This document shows positions 36,976 through 50,485 of a stretch of DNA of 64,000 nucleotides, piece by piece. Source of the DNA: Chamberlinius hualienensis (taxonomy: Eukaryota); assembly GCA_054772095.1 (NCBI GenBank), contig BAAGAE010000030.1, forward strand, positions 215,335-279,334, given 5' to 3'. The number at the start of each line of letters is the position of its first letter. Position 1 is the first letter of the stretch. The translations under genes and the position numbers were made by a program. The notes beneath the pieces were generated by a model that was not told the origin of the DNA, searched no databases, and was given only the letters and a program-made list of their open reading frames with translations.

Positions 36976-38812
36976 TGCAAAGAAGTTAACTTGACCATTT
37001 TAAGAGTTGAATACTAATTGGCATTGAGATGGCGAAACCAATAAAACTAATCCCCACATTTTCTATCAATTTTTTTGAAAACAATTTATAGGCTATTTCG
37101 TTGTAAATAGGCCACTCACCGATGTTAATTGAAAAACACGCATATTGAAAACGGCCTTAACATTTATTCAGGGCAATTGGTACTTTTAACTTTATACTCG
37201 AACCAACATTTTCACTACAATTTAACTCTTTCAACTTTGACAGTTTAATTTAATATTTTTTTTTCTTGTCTGAAAACTGATAAGACATCAACGAGTGGGC
37301 GTTGACGTATTCAGTTTCACTCAATGGAAACTTAACGGTTAACAACGTTGTTGTTTGGTCACTTTAGACTTTAATACCATTTTTAGACAATTGTCTAAAG
37401 ATGTTAATCTGGTGTCTCTTTCATTTATTAGGTGTGTCATTGGTGAGTAATTAGTATTAGGAACGTGAAGGAGATGTCGTAAAAGTGACAACACGGGGTG
37501 TGGTTCCCTAAGTTTTAAAAGGGGTAGTATGTGATCTTAGTATGGAAAGTAGGTGGAATGAAGGAAAAGGAAAATGATTGGCTACCTACACGTTTACTCG
37601 TTTAAACTTAATTTAAGATGGCTGTTAAATTGTTGAATTAAATGGTATTTTTGGAGAAACATATGGTGTCCGGATTAGCAAAAAAAAAAGAAGCAAAGTA
37701 TAGCCATAAATCATGCGGCTAAGATTGTAAACGTTTGTCTATGAAATGTCTTGCAAATGATTAATATATGGACTTAAAATGAAGTGAAAGGTAAAACTAC
37801 AATGGAATGGAATTGGACAATGGAATCTTATGTTTTGTATGTGTTGAGGGAAGGCAAAGGAGAGAAAGTTTTTCACCGTCTGCATTTCACCCCTTATCCC
37901 TCCTCTTTCTAATGTCGACGAAAGAAACAATCGTCTTGTATGTTTGAAGATAATAGGAAGGTGTTGGATGTTGTTATGCAAATGAGATAAACGGGTCAGG
38001 GTGGTCGTTTTATGTACAGTTTTTAATATTAATTAAGTAGTCGGGTTAAATTAAAATTTAGATTTATATTGCGTACAACTTGAGTATGCATTTTCTTTGA
38101 TAAAACGACAATTTAGATATTAAAATAATTAAGCCTGAGCTGGTGGTAAAATGTTTATTGTAGCATTTTTAACAAAAATATTTTAGTGGTGCGGTGGTGG
38201 TGTGCAATATATTATAAACACGAACTTGGAGGACGTTAAAAACCTTTTTTTTTTTTTGGCTTCTTTTATCGGTATGTTTTTTTTTTTGTCTTAAAGAGAA
38301 ACGCCCTCTTTTCTTAGCCACCTACGAACGTATTAATTGCTAACCAAACTTTCGTCATTTCAATGTAATGGCCATACGTGTATTTAAAAGTGGTTTTGTA
38401 AAGTAATAACTGTTATTTAAATATGCTACATAGACAGATTGCTGATTGACTTTTATGGTGTAAACGGCTGAAAACACCTGTAAAGTTGCGGTAGATGTCA
38501 AAATTCCATCGCTGGGAAATGTGGGAGGGGTTTGAGAATGGCATAAATCAATTGTATAAACAAAAACCTACCAATTTTTGGCTTTAGGAACCGTGGGGAG
38601 AACTGAACTGTTTTACTTGTATGTAGTTATAAAGGAATAGAGTCTTACGTTGTGTTGGGTCTTCTCTCTTAAATCAGTAGAAAATGTCTGAATATTTTTG
38701 TAGTAAAAAAAATGGACGACGACGACGACAGCGACGTTTCTTAGAAAATCTGTTTTTTTTGTTGTTGATGCTCCCAAGTTCTAGACAAAATTCAGGTTAT
38801 AAATAAGTTGAC

Positions 38813-38824
38813 CGCCAGCTGGCG
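38813..38824. promoter_or_regulatory. 12-bp perfect palindrome CGCCAGCTGGCG (E-box CAGCTG core)
   Basis: Read directly: accgCCAGCTGGcgtg. Confidence 0.3.
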
Positions 38825-41800
38825 TGTCTGTCTATGTCAGGTGAAAATTTCATAGACGAAATAAAAACGTGTTTAAACTTCCGGTTTTTTGTTACGAAAA
38901 GTTGCTTTTCAATGCCAAGTATAATGGACAGAAAATATGATTTTAATTATTAACTACATACCCGTTAACAATGTTGATGCTTGCAATTTAAAAAAAATTA
39001 TCACAACCGTCAAAAATGGAGATGGGTTATTAGGTTATTTTAGGGTTGATTTCAGTCCAGGGCCACAACTATCATGAGGAAGATGTAACAAGGTTGATAA
39101 CAATTCTCACCCACCCGAGAAGAATAAATGAAATAGCGGTGATTAGTTTTTTTTAAAGCTAAGCCTTGGAAGACTCCTACACTACGATTTCAACATTGCT
39201 GACTTGCAAAGTGTTGAAAACAAGTACGTGTACAGGTAGTAGGCTTAGCCGTGAGAAAGTTGTTTAGTTGGACATAGTTAGGGAATTACGCCTCCCCAAA
39301 AATTACAAAATTCATCTAGTTTTGAGGTCAAGACTCATCAGATCTTTATAAATATTTATTGTATTTATTTGCAACTATAATAAAATGCTTGATATATTTT
39401 ACGTCTGAGTAACGACCAACTGGCCTTATTTAAAATTTTAATTTTTTTTGTATTTTTATATAAATGAAGGAAGTGGTCAGCTTGATTTTATGATTTGCAT
39501 GGTTTACTTACGGCGGAGATATCTTTTTAAAAATTTATTAGTAGTATTAACGTTATTTTGAAGAAGATTTTTGTATATTACGTAATTTGAAATTGTTACT
39601 TACTAGACTGAATAAATTCTATAAAAAAACTGCTGAGATGAAATTGTGTTGCATGGTTTTATAATGGCAATTTGCTGTTTACCCTAAATATTAACGAGGG
39701 TGCTTTGTTTTACTAAACAATTCGTTATTTAAGGAGTTGCTCAACCATAACTGAATTATTGTTATATTAATTAATTGTGTTGTGTTGAAAAGCTTTAATG
39801 AAACTACGAAGCGTGAGTTTTTGTCTTCAAGTGCTTCTTCCTGTCGTTTGTCTATCTGTAAAGATGAACATTGATATGAGAGAAAGCTATAATAGTTGAA
39901 ATCGTACATCTGTAAGCTTTGATTTAAAGTTGTTTTTTTCTATATATATTTTTTTTGGGGGGAAATTTATTTATTGTTTTTTTTTGTCGCTCTAAAATGT
40001 AAGAGATGTAATCTGATTTAATCAGCAATTCAGCTGCAATTACTTTAACGCGTTTTCACTGAAATGGCTGATGCCGTGGCTGTAATCGCAGTAAAGCATT
40101 GTGTAAAAACGATGCAAATTTAATATCCCAATTTTGACAGAGCTTCAACATTTTCACTACAATGTAATACATGCATGTTATTTTGAGCTTTTCGTATTTA
40201 AGGAAACAATTTTGAAACTCCTTTTTGAATAGTTTAGAAAATTTATGAATTGTGATATTGTGTTCCCATGGCATTTTCGCATTCGTTAAACGTTGATTAT
40301 CATAACTTTTCAAGTTTTTTTTAGTATACATTATCGAGGAAGCCTTCTGGTAAAGAATATTTATCAATAAATTTGGCTTTGTGAAGTAATAGAATGTTAA
40401 GTGGTCATTTGCATTGCATAAGCTATAATTTCACATTTTAAAAAAAGGACTTTTAAACGTTGATGCTAAAATATTGTGAGGCCGATTTGTTGAATGCGTT
40501 TTCGGAGCTGAGCTATAAATTTTTTTTATATTTTAGAGAAAGTGAATACGATACTCGTTGTGACTTAAAGGGAGATACATTTTTCAATCCTGTTTTTAAA
40601 CGCTGCTTGTTTACTGTTGTTCGACTTTCAATTTTTATTATGCATGTATTAATTAATTCTCAGCCACTCAATTATTTACACTCTATCTTGTCTCGTGCCA
40701 TCGACACTTAATTACTTATATCTTAATTAATTGGCAAGTGTTAACTCTCGCAATTTTATATATTAATGTGTAGGCGATACTTTCTCTCTATTTGCTAAAT
40801 CCTCTTCAATTGTGTAGCATTCAATAACTAATCTACTTGCCAACCGTTTCCTCCTACAGTTTAACAAGATACATGATCTTGACCTATAAAAAATGTTTTT
40901 CTGAAGAAAAGAAAAATCAATTGCATGTATACCGCTCCCTTCAAGTTTAATGATTGGTGGGTGTAAATTATACGCCAAACCCACGTTTAACAACAAATAC
41001 AAAAAAATTCTGAAATTTTTTAAGTGTTTCAGCACGAATTTATTTAGCCTTAATTTCGATGAATTAACAAAAAATTTAAAAGATACGATCCATTACATCT
41101 AATACTTTCGTATTAGTTTTATGAGCGACCAATTAATTAGCTATTATTGAATAGCAATGTTTAGTTTTGTTTTGCGTAAGTTACACATTTTAATTGTTTC
41201 AGTTTAATGATTTAATGGCACAAAACATTTTTTTAATGATAACATTTCGATTTTTTTTAGTAGTAGATTTTATATTTTCGTTGCAACCAAATAGACAACT
41301 TTTGAAAACTAAAATACATTTAAAATGCGTAAAATTGTATTTAGTAATAAATTATGTCGCTATGCGGATTTTTTATGATCTTTTTTTAAAATAAAAATAA
41401 AGCGAGTTTTTTTTAATGTAAAAAGAGTAGAAAAATTGAACGGAAAATTGGTTCAAAAACAAATGCTATGCACTTTTTTAAAAGGTGAACGATTTATATA
41501 AACCACATCAAAGTGCAGAGGAAAGTTAAGTAAGGTTGTTTTAGCTTCTTAAAAGTTCATACATGTAATTGCTATTTACATTACTATCATAATATAAGGT
41601 TTATTTATTTGTTTGGTAAATTGGTCATCTTTGTTCACGTCATCAACGTCAATTTTTTTTTTAAATTTTGAAATCAATATTTCTATTTTCTACGGGTAAA
41701 GATGAATACACTTATTTGTAATCCTTACTGCGTGATTGTGTTTTCACATATTTGTTTGTATAAGGGCCAAATGATGTCTGGCTTTTGTGAATATTCTTCT

Positions 41801-42364
41801 TCCTACATTTGGTATATAATGTGAATAAGAGAAACGTGATACATCTGTGTGTATGGTGGGTTAGGAATTTATTTTTCCTACGTTGAAAAAGTTAACATGT
41901 TTGTTTCTTATCATATAAACGTGGCCTGAGTGTTTATTCATATAATAATGACGTGGAAACACTTTCGCTGCTTTTCTGTTTTTTTATACATTTAAATTAG
42001 CAGGCTAGTCCAAATACTGGCTGAAAAGGGCCGAGAATTATAGATAAGAATAGCTTCTTAGTGCTGAAAGAAAAAAAAAGACATGGGAAGAATAACAAAA
42101 ACAGTGGAAAATTCATATAGCACGGAAGAGTTGGGATTAAAATGTGAATGAACCACAAAAAATGTTTATGTACGAGTTTTACCAAGTGTAAAATTAAATA
42201 AAAATGTTCAAGAAAAGTACGGGTTTAAAGTTCACGCTAGATGGCATTAGCAGCAGCCAATGAAAAGTTTTCAAGAAAATTTAAATCGTATAATAGGCTT
42301 TTCACTTTTCCTTTTTGAACGATAACTTTTATTTATGATGATGATTTTTTTTTTTTTAGCCACA

Positions 42365-42412
42365 ATGATGCCGGTGTTGGGCTTAATCGTATGGATATTA
42401 ACATGGACTACT
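42365..42412 (+). CDS. dpy: Candidate signal-peptide first exon of the dumpy-like gene (MMPVLGLIVWILTWTT)
   Basis: ATG in context cacaATGatg. A 16-aa hydrophobic peptide is followed by a consensus donor gtaagt in phase 0. This matches the phase-0 acceptor of the 47920 exon, and the TATA-like tataatagg lies ~75 bp upstream. No other SP-like exon was found between 42.4 and 47.9 kb. Confidence 0.35.
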
Positions 42413-45400
42413 GTAAGTACATATTTAGTCATTTTATTTATTAATTATGGCGTTTACATTGACTTGGTTTAAAGTAATTTCAACTGCTTCAGTCGAGTAA
42501 ATTACTCTAATTTCTGGCTGAATTTTTTTTTATTTAGCTTTCAATGATTACGAGTATTTCTGTTCATATATGCAAGTTTAATGAGCGCAATTGTTCACAA
42601 ATGCATACAAATATCTTTGAACTACAAAAAAAAAACTACGCCAGCTTTTCTATTGTTGCAGATGAAACCGCATAACTATTAATCTATTATGTAAGATTCT
42701 TTTATTTTTCTTTCACACACTTGATTAACATTCAATTATATAAATTGAAATACTTAGACAATGTAGTTTTAGTGAACGGAAACAACGTTGCCGAGATGTT
42801 GGTACAATTGCTCAGCTGTTGAGCGTTTCCCAAAACAATTCCAATTTAAATTATCTGTTAACTTGTTTAATTTCCGATTGAGATATTGTCAGGAATGCTG
42901 TTTTTTGATTGTTTGGAAGATGAAATTACAAACTATTCCAATGTTTTGCATGACCGTTGTGAGTGCCATTGCGGCTAAGTTATATAATCAGAAACGAAGA
43001 ATGCACTCTTTTTCTTTCTTCATTATTTCACCTGTGTTTGACGGCAGTTGACGACGTAGCTAACAATGAATCTTATTCAAATGAAAGGTTTGTTGATCTT
43101 TTTTGTGTAAGCTCACGTCTAACGTGTTAAAGAGCAAACAAACAAGTTCTTACAACGTTCCCAACGTTGATGTAACTTTCTTAAAATATTTTAAATGCAT
43201 AAAAAGAATTCACTTCAAAGTGACCACCTCTCTTCTCCTTCTAACATATATTATCACTAACTCAAGACTAAAAAAAATGCCTTCCTTGACTTCTATGCAT
43301 GGTCAGTGCCCTCTGAGAAAAAAAATAGAAATATACTGCACTAAAATCATAATTGTAAATATACGTATACGAAGGGTTGATTTCAAATTCACGTTTAAGT
43401 AGCTAGAATATATATATTTTCAAGTTAACTAACTTCACTTATGGATCACATCGGTTATTTATATGAGAGAATTTTATTGTTATTCTCTTTCATTTAAAAC
43501 TCCAATCTTCCTTCCTTTCCTGTCGTTTCGCGCGCCAAAGGGCAGCCATGATGCTTTTTGATGGCGTGCTGAGTGTGTTTTCCCTCAGGCGATTACTATA
43601 TACACTCTTGGCAGTTCATGTCTGCTTATAGTATATGGATCTTATTGTCTTCCGCAGACGTTGAACCACCTTTGCAATACAAGTTTATAAAATTTTATGA
43701 AACTAACTCTAATTGAAAATTTTAATTTGACTGGGATACAAAGGATGTCAAAACATCATAAAAGTACGCGTAAAGCTATTAAACGAAGCTATTCATGCAC
43801 TTGGAAATTAATAATCTTTAATTAACTACATTTAATTGGTGAATTTGTTGTCAGTGATATGACTAAACTCAATCAATCATGTTGCGTGTTAAAAATTTAA
43901 AAAAAAAATTGAAACAGCAGTGCTTGTAATTACAACCTAACTTTTTTAATTTGTCTAATAATTAAATGGTACATATGTACAATGCTACAATTATACTCGA
44001 TTAACATTTCATGAGAATATGCTACAACTAAAAATAGATAATCTTGTATAATAATAACTCACCGATAAATGCGGGTCTGTACTGTCATTTGGCCTTGTAA
44101 CTGGTCCCATGAAATGTTTTATTGGATATAAGGAAAGTTTGAACTGAAATATTGTGCTGATGTTCTTGGCCTTAAAGTGTACAGTTTAATGAAGTATAGC
44201 GTTGTATTTGTATAGAAAGTTGACGCAATATTGGACAAAAGGCAACATTAACTAAGTTTCCTTGAGTACAAGTGCTTTGAATTGCTTCATTATTTGAATT
44301 AGTGTTTTCTATAAGACAATAATAACTGAACAGTAAAAACGATTGTGTTGTCTGAATGCTCATAACAAAGCGGCGATACCCACCTGTTGAGATCTGCATG
44401 ATTGAATAGAACTCGTTAGCACTCTGCGCCCCAGTCTCAACTTAGGTGTGTTTTGTGTGGTTTCTAATTGAGGGGCATCAATTCCTGTTTTTCACCTCGG
44501 GCTTAAGCAGTACCTTAATTGATGTTGATGCTCTCTAACATTTTTTGCTAAAGAAAAAAATTTCCATCAATAAAATTTTTTAACTTTCGTTCAACAATTT
44601 CGATTTTCATTTTATTGGACTGCTTGATATGGTGGTAGTTGATTGACGAATTTAAAGTCATAAAAGTTTACCTACGATTAACACGTTTATGGCTCAACTT
44701 ATTTTTATTGGCTAAAAAATTGAATATTGATAATCAGTGGCGCTTTTTGCTAAATAGTTCTGGTGTAGGTCATAAAACTGCTTAATTAATTTACAGTGAA
44801 AGTTTGACCACTACAGTATATCATTGACCGCACAAATACCTTGTAAACACACGTGGGTTCAGCAAAGACGTTTACCAGTATGGGAGGTACCCCAAGTCTT
44901 TAAACTGGAATTACCTCTTTTACTTTTAACCATCTGTGGAGAAGTCTTAGATGTTATTAAACTAAGAAAAGACTTTTTTTTTATATTTCGTAAAACAGTT
45001 TGTTACGATTATATTATGCGAACAACCCTCATTTTTATCTCAGCTACAAAAAATAAAACATTCTTACCTTGTAAATGGCGAAGAAGGATGGGCAAAACAA
45101 AAACAACTTCCGGTAAAATTATAGTTTATAAATAGATGTATTTTGAATAAATTTATCATTATCTGTTGTTTTTTTTGTTTGGTTGGCGTTTACATAAAAA
45201 ATGTTATCTAATCCACTTTACGAGCGTTGTTAAACTGGTTGCCTGATGTTCTCCAGAATTGGCAACTTGTGAGAGAACAAATTACCCTCTTAAAATTACG
45301 CCAACAAATTTCTTTGGAAGAGACACCTCTGTTATGCGAGAAGGGACTGTTTAATCCTATTACTCAGAGGAATCAATTGGGGCAGAAAATACTGAAGGTC

Positions 45401-47919
45401 AAGGAAAAATTAGGTAAAAGTAGGGGAAGGGATAGTAGAAGGGGAAAATTTTTTTTATACATATAAATATATATATATATATTCTTATAATTGAGATGGA
45501 GAGAGAAGATTATTTTACGATTTTTAGTTTCAGTGTAATTTTACGTTGGCAACCTAAGTGTAAATCACTCTTACGAGTTTGGTGGAGTCACCAAAACACT
45601 TAAATTCGTCGCGACTAAGAAGTATGGGGATAATCTTTGTAAATTATATATAAAAAAATCCTCTCGCATGCGAGTAAATATTTTTTTACTGTCTGTAACT
45701 TGGTTAAACTTTACTAGAACAAAGATAGAAAGATGGATCACCGTTTTTGAGTAATAATTTTGAGGTGCAGTCAGGTGCTGAAATCTTTCTTAGTAAAATT
45801 TCTTCCCTCTTAGCATTTTTCTTCTTTAGTTTAAATGTTAAAAAAAAAATGTTTTTTAAAAGAAATTTTAATAAACCTTTTTTTTTTCTCCAGCGGTATG
45901 ACGTTAATGCTTATAACATGAGCATCACGTTATGCATTTAAACTTTGAAATGTGGGAATCTCAGGTGTTAAAAAACGATGTTTTTGTAGAGGAATTTAAA
46001 AAAAAAAATGCGTCACTTTTGATGAACCGAGAGGGTTGAACTCCAGACACCTGTCAGCATCAAAGTGAAAGTTTGTGTTTTCAGCATTTTTATTTGGACT
46101 TTCACTTTTTAATTGGAAGATTTTTTGTAATACCGTGTTGTGGACGTGTATGTGCGAACAATTTTAATAGACATAACAAGGGAAATGCGAAGAAGTGCAA
46201 TTTAGGGAGGAGTTTAAATAACTTCACAGAGGTATTGGACGTTCGTAAGATTATTCGAATTTTTTCTTTTCAATTCTGGCCTTTTCAATGTTGATTTCAT
46301 TTCAATAAGTATCCCGCTGACCTTACAACGGAACTTTCAGTTTCAGTTGTTTCGAGAGAAAGTTTTCTTAGGATGGCCTCAAGATTAAGCAGTTCGGTTA
46401 CTTTTTTTTTATACTGTATTTATTTTTCATGTTTTATACGTAATAATTCGGCGCGAAGTGGGGGGAAACAGACTGAAATTGTTGCCTTGAATTTTAATTT
46501 TCTCATGTTTTTTTTTTTTTTAAAAACGTCTGAATGTATAATTAGCTTAATGATTCACCATCAATTTTTTTCTAAATAAATATTTAAAGGAATGAAATTA
46601 AGGTACCTTACCCTTTAATATTTTTTTATTGTTTTTTTTTCTCTCTCCCTCTTCTTTCCACTCGGCTACAGACAGTGATTTCAAGTTCACAGGATATTTC
46701 TCGACCCTCAATACTGGAAAGTGAAAGTGACACTAGAATGATTGTGTAGGAGGAAATTGAGGTTGTTTTTGTTTAAATCAAAAAAAAAAAAAAAAAGTAA
46801 AATTTAAAATAAGGGGTAAACATACGTCTTTCATGCTGAAGTTGAGCGTTATTTGGCACTCTTTAAAAAAAACGCTAAGGTGACCTTTTACTCCTCCTAC
46901 TTCATCAAGAGGATCTTTCTTTCATCCCACACCCATTTTTTTTTCTGTTTTGCATGCATAATAATTACCTGATGCTGTCATCCGGTTCACCAGGGTCGCT
47001 GTCTAACCAGATGGAGAATATTCCAGTAGCTTTTAAACCTTGTTGACGACCCTATATCAAACTTATTTTTATACACAATAGCTACTCGGCATTAAAATTA
47101 TTTTCACTGTTAAGAGCAATTATATTTCAATTTCAGAATTATTAATTAACTTGCTCATCTATTAAGGTCATCAAAATTAAATTTCAATTGATGAGGATTA
47201 TTTGTGGTTTGAATTTAACGCATGAGTACATGTTCCCTTGAAACGTCGGAGGTATAGTTTATACAGTATATTCCCTTGTGAAATTTTGGGATTTCTAAAT
47301 CTACATTTAGTTATTTAGGGGGGAAAAAATGTGCGCGATTTAATTGGTTTGGGAAGTGCTCCGTAATTTTCATCCTATCTATCTTTAATGGCGATCAACT
47401 GTTAACATTGTTGAATCTATACGGTTAATGTATTTGCTGATGATCTCAATTTTTAATTCCAGTTGTATTGAATGAAAACATAGGCGGGAGTAACTTAAGA
47501 AAATTATCAACAAAGTTTTCTTTTCAAATCAGGGTGGTTTATATAGCAACAACGTCCGTATTTCGATAATCTAAATACACCACAGATTTGCTTCATTGTA
47601 TGATTTAAATGTTTGCCCTCATTTTGCCATTATAAAATTTACTCTCTAGAAATAATGGCAAGAAAAAATTCGACGGCAAAGAGAAAAGGGGTGTTATTTG
47701 GTTTCATCTGCAACTGTAAGTTGCTTGCAACTGGGTCACCTAGAAATACAACAAACTGTATACTACTCCTTTTCTCTTAAATTCAGGTCTAATTTACTAT
47801 TTTACCTATGTACACATGTTTGAACATTGAGCAACAGCACTTTATTGTCTTTCTTTTTTTTTGTTTAAATAAATTTTGATTAATAAAACATTTGCTGATA
47901 TTTTATACTTTACTTACAG

Positions 47920-48118
47920 GTGAGGTGTCAGTTTGGTACCCACGGCATAGGCCTGCCCAGGGAAATATTTATTTTAAATTTAGAAGACGGGTTTTTCGCT
48001 TGTCAAGTCAACGAGTCAGTTGAAATTTTGCAAATATTCGAATTAACCAAATTATGTGACGGTCACCCTCAGTGTTTTAGAGGGTCGGATGAGTTAAGGG
48101 AAGAGCTTAAATGCACTG
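47920..48118 (+). CDS. dpy: Dumpy-like ECM protein exon 2 (degenerate LDLa-like module)
   Basis: Acceptor tacttacag. VRCQFGTHG...FACQVNES...LCDGHPQCFRGSDELREELKCT. Donor gttagt, phase 1. Confidence 0.6.
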
Positions 48119-48189
48119 GTTAGTTCTAATGCATCCTAAACAATTACATTAAAAAAAATAATATTTGTATGTTTTTGACGCCATTACAG

Positions 48190-48282
48190 CCAGTTGTGAT
48201 CCACCTTGTCAAAATGGAGTGTGTCTGGATGACCAGTGCCATTGCAACGACGGTTTTGGGGGTTGCTCATGTGAAACTCCAG
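48190..48282 (+). CDS. dpy: Dumpy-like exon 3: EGF
   Basis: ASCDPPCQNGVCLDDQCHCNDGFGGCSCETP. Acceptor cattacag and donor gtaatt. Confidence 0.75.
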
Positions 48283-48671
48283 GTAATTAAAACTATCATG
48301 AAAATTCAAGAAAAAGTTACGCATTGTACGGTAGTCGTAAAATCAGTAAGTCATACGTAGGTATTAATTTAAATGCACTCGCTATTTAATGTTCATTTAA
48401 ATACTAGATCCTGGATAGCTAATATTTACGTGCCAAAATGTTGCATGTTTGTGTTGCATGTAATGCTAAACAGTATAATAACAGTAGCAAATAATGAGGT
48501 TTCAACATTAAGTGGTGTAAATTAAAATCAGTTTTGTCAGTGGGTTACCATGATGTGCCATCTAGGTTGTAGAACTTAGACGGTTAATTTATTTGTTCGT
48601 TAAGTTGTTGACAAATCCCTGCATGAATGACTTAGAATAAATTTTGAACATATAAAATGTTTATTTTTCAG

Positions 48672-48788
48672 ACGAGAACGAATGCAAATACCGCCCCTGT
48701 GATGTGTTTGCCCATTGTACAAATACATTGGGCAGTTTTTATTGCAGTTGTTTACCTGGTTATGAAGGAAACGGCTTTGAATGCAAAG
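48672..48788 (+). CDS. dpy: Dumpy-like exon 4: Ca-binding EGF
   Basis: DENECKYRPCDVFAHCTNTLGSFYCSCLPGYEGNGFECK. Confidence 0.8.
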
Positions 48789-48889
48789 GTATGGACAAAC
48801 ATTTTAATGGTTTTTCACTGTAGAAAATTTTACGATGTATATCTTGGAGGTCAGTGAACATTTTGTATTTACGTTGTGGTATTTACCAG

Positions 48890-49021
48890 ATATTAACGAA
48901 TGTGAAGTCCCCGAACTTGCTGCCAAATGTGTCCGCAACGCCGAATGTTGCAACGTCCCCGCCAGTTATATTTGCAATTGCAGTGCCGGTTTTCAAGGCA
49001 ACGGTTTTGAGGAATGCCGCG
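48890..49021 (+). CDS. dpy: Dumpy-like exon 5: Ca-binding EGF
   Basis: DINECEVPELAAKCVRNAECCNVPASYICNCSAGFQGNGFEECR. Confidence 0.8.
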
Positions 49022-49084
49022 GTAATGCGATTATTATAAAAACATGACAATTTAACGTTAACTATAACGAGTTTTTTGTTTTAG

Positions 49085-49207
49085 ATATCGACGAGTGCCA
49101 AAAACCCAATAGCTGTGGTCAAAGAGCTTACTGCACAAACACAGAAGGAAGCTACAGCTGTCACTGCTTACCTGGATATACGGGCAATCCACTTCAAGGA
49201 TGTCAAG
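49085..49207 (+). CDS. dpy: Dumpy-like exon 6: Ca-binding EGF
   Basis: [41 protein letters not shown]. Confidence 0.8.
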
Positions 49208-49272
49208 GTAAAAACCCAACGATTTTGTTCGTACTTTTAATTTACTTACAGTAATGTTAATTCACTTGCAGA

Positions 49273-49527
49273 TTTCGACGAATGCTCCGCAAATGTATGT
49301 GGCGCCGGCGCCATTTGCAATAACACGGAAGGAAGTTATACGTGTTCTTGTCCATATGGATATCATGGCGACCCATACTCGCCTAGCGGATGCGTCGATA
49401 TAAACGAATGTCAGCAAAGGGATCCAAGTGTATGTGGCGTCAGGGCCAGCTGTAAAAATTTACTCGGAACATTTGAATGTAGTTGTCTGCCTGGATTTAC
49501 TGGAAATCCTCGTGTGGCATGCGAAGG
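49273..49527 (+). CDS. dpy: Dumpy-like exon 7: two Ca-binding EGFs
   Basis: [85 protein letters not shown]. Confidence 0.8.
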
Positions 49528-49586
49528 TAATCAGTTGCAACCGAATTATATACATTTTACATCTAACATTTCCATTATTTTTGAAG

Positions 49587-49709
49587 ACATTTCTGAATGT
49601 GATCGACCTGGAATGTGCGGTCCAAATGCTGGCTGTCACAACACAGAAGGCAGTTACACGTGTCGTTGCTTTGATGGTTTTCAAGGGGACGCTTACAAGC
49701 ATTGTGATA
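49587..49709 (+). CDS. dpy: Dumpy-like exon 8: Ca-binding EGF
   Basis: [41 protein letters not shown]. Confidence 0.8.
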
Positions 49710-49798
49710 GTATGTTCACTATATTGTATATTATTGTATACAAAATGGAATGATTAGGGGGAAATTGGAAATCTTAATTTAATACTAATGAATTGCAG

Positions 49799-49921
49799 AT
49801 ATTAACGAATGTTTGCAACCCAATGTATGTGGAATTTATGCAAAATGCGAAGATAGTCCAGGTAGCTACTCTTGTAGGTGTCTTCCTGGATATGAGGGCA
49901 ATCCAATAACTGGGTGTATAA
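49799..49921 (+). CDS. dpy: Dumpy-like exon 9: Ca-binding EGF
   Basis: NINECLQPNVCGIYAKCEDSPGSYSCRCLPGYEGNPITGCI. Confidence 0.8.
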
Positions 49922-49989
49922 GTATGTCTTTAATATCGGTGTAAACTTTATAACATGCCATCAACACCATTATATTTTATAAACTTAAG

Positions 49990-50235
49990 ATATTGACGAA
50001 TGCAAAACAAATCCATGTGGAGTTAACAGCGACTGTTTTGATCATCCTGGCAATTTTACATGCTCATGCCAAAAGGGATACACCGGAAACCCGTTCAGTG
50101 GCTGTTTAGACATAAACGAATGTGCTGATAAAGACAGGTGCGGTGTCGGAGCAGTTTGTGTTAATACTTTAGGCAGCTATCAATGCAGCTGTCTAGATGG
50201 ATATGATGGACTTCCACATGTAGCTTGCGAAAGAG
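49990..50235 (+). CDS. dpy: Dumpy-like exon 10: two Ca-binding EGFs
   Basis: NIDECKTNPCGVNSDCFDHPGNFTCSCQKGYTGNPFSGCLDINECADKDRCGVGAVCVNTLGSYQCSCLDGYDGLPHVACER. Confidence 0.8.
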
Positions 50236-50306
50236 GTACTAGAACATAACAATAGTTTATGAACTCTTACTGTTACGCTACATGTAATACATTTGATTTT
50301 TAACAG

Positions 50307-50420
50307 TTTCTGTTTCCGTTAATTGTAAACATGATACCGAGTGTACAACTCACGCTGTATGTGATGAAGGAACTTGTAGTTGCGATCGAGGTTTTTATCC
50401 ACAAGATACAGAATGCGTTG
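50307..50420 (+). CDS. dpy: Dumpy-like exon 11: EGF-like
   Basis: VSVSVNCKHDTECTTHAVCDEGTCSCDRGFYPQDTECV. Confidence 0.7.
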
Positions 50421-50485
50421 GTATGTTCATTTGAGTGCGCAAGATGGCTCTGTCTCTGACTCGTTGTGTATGCTTTTATAATCAG

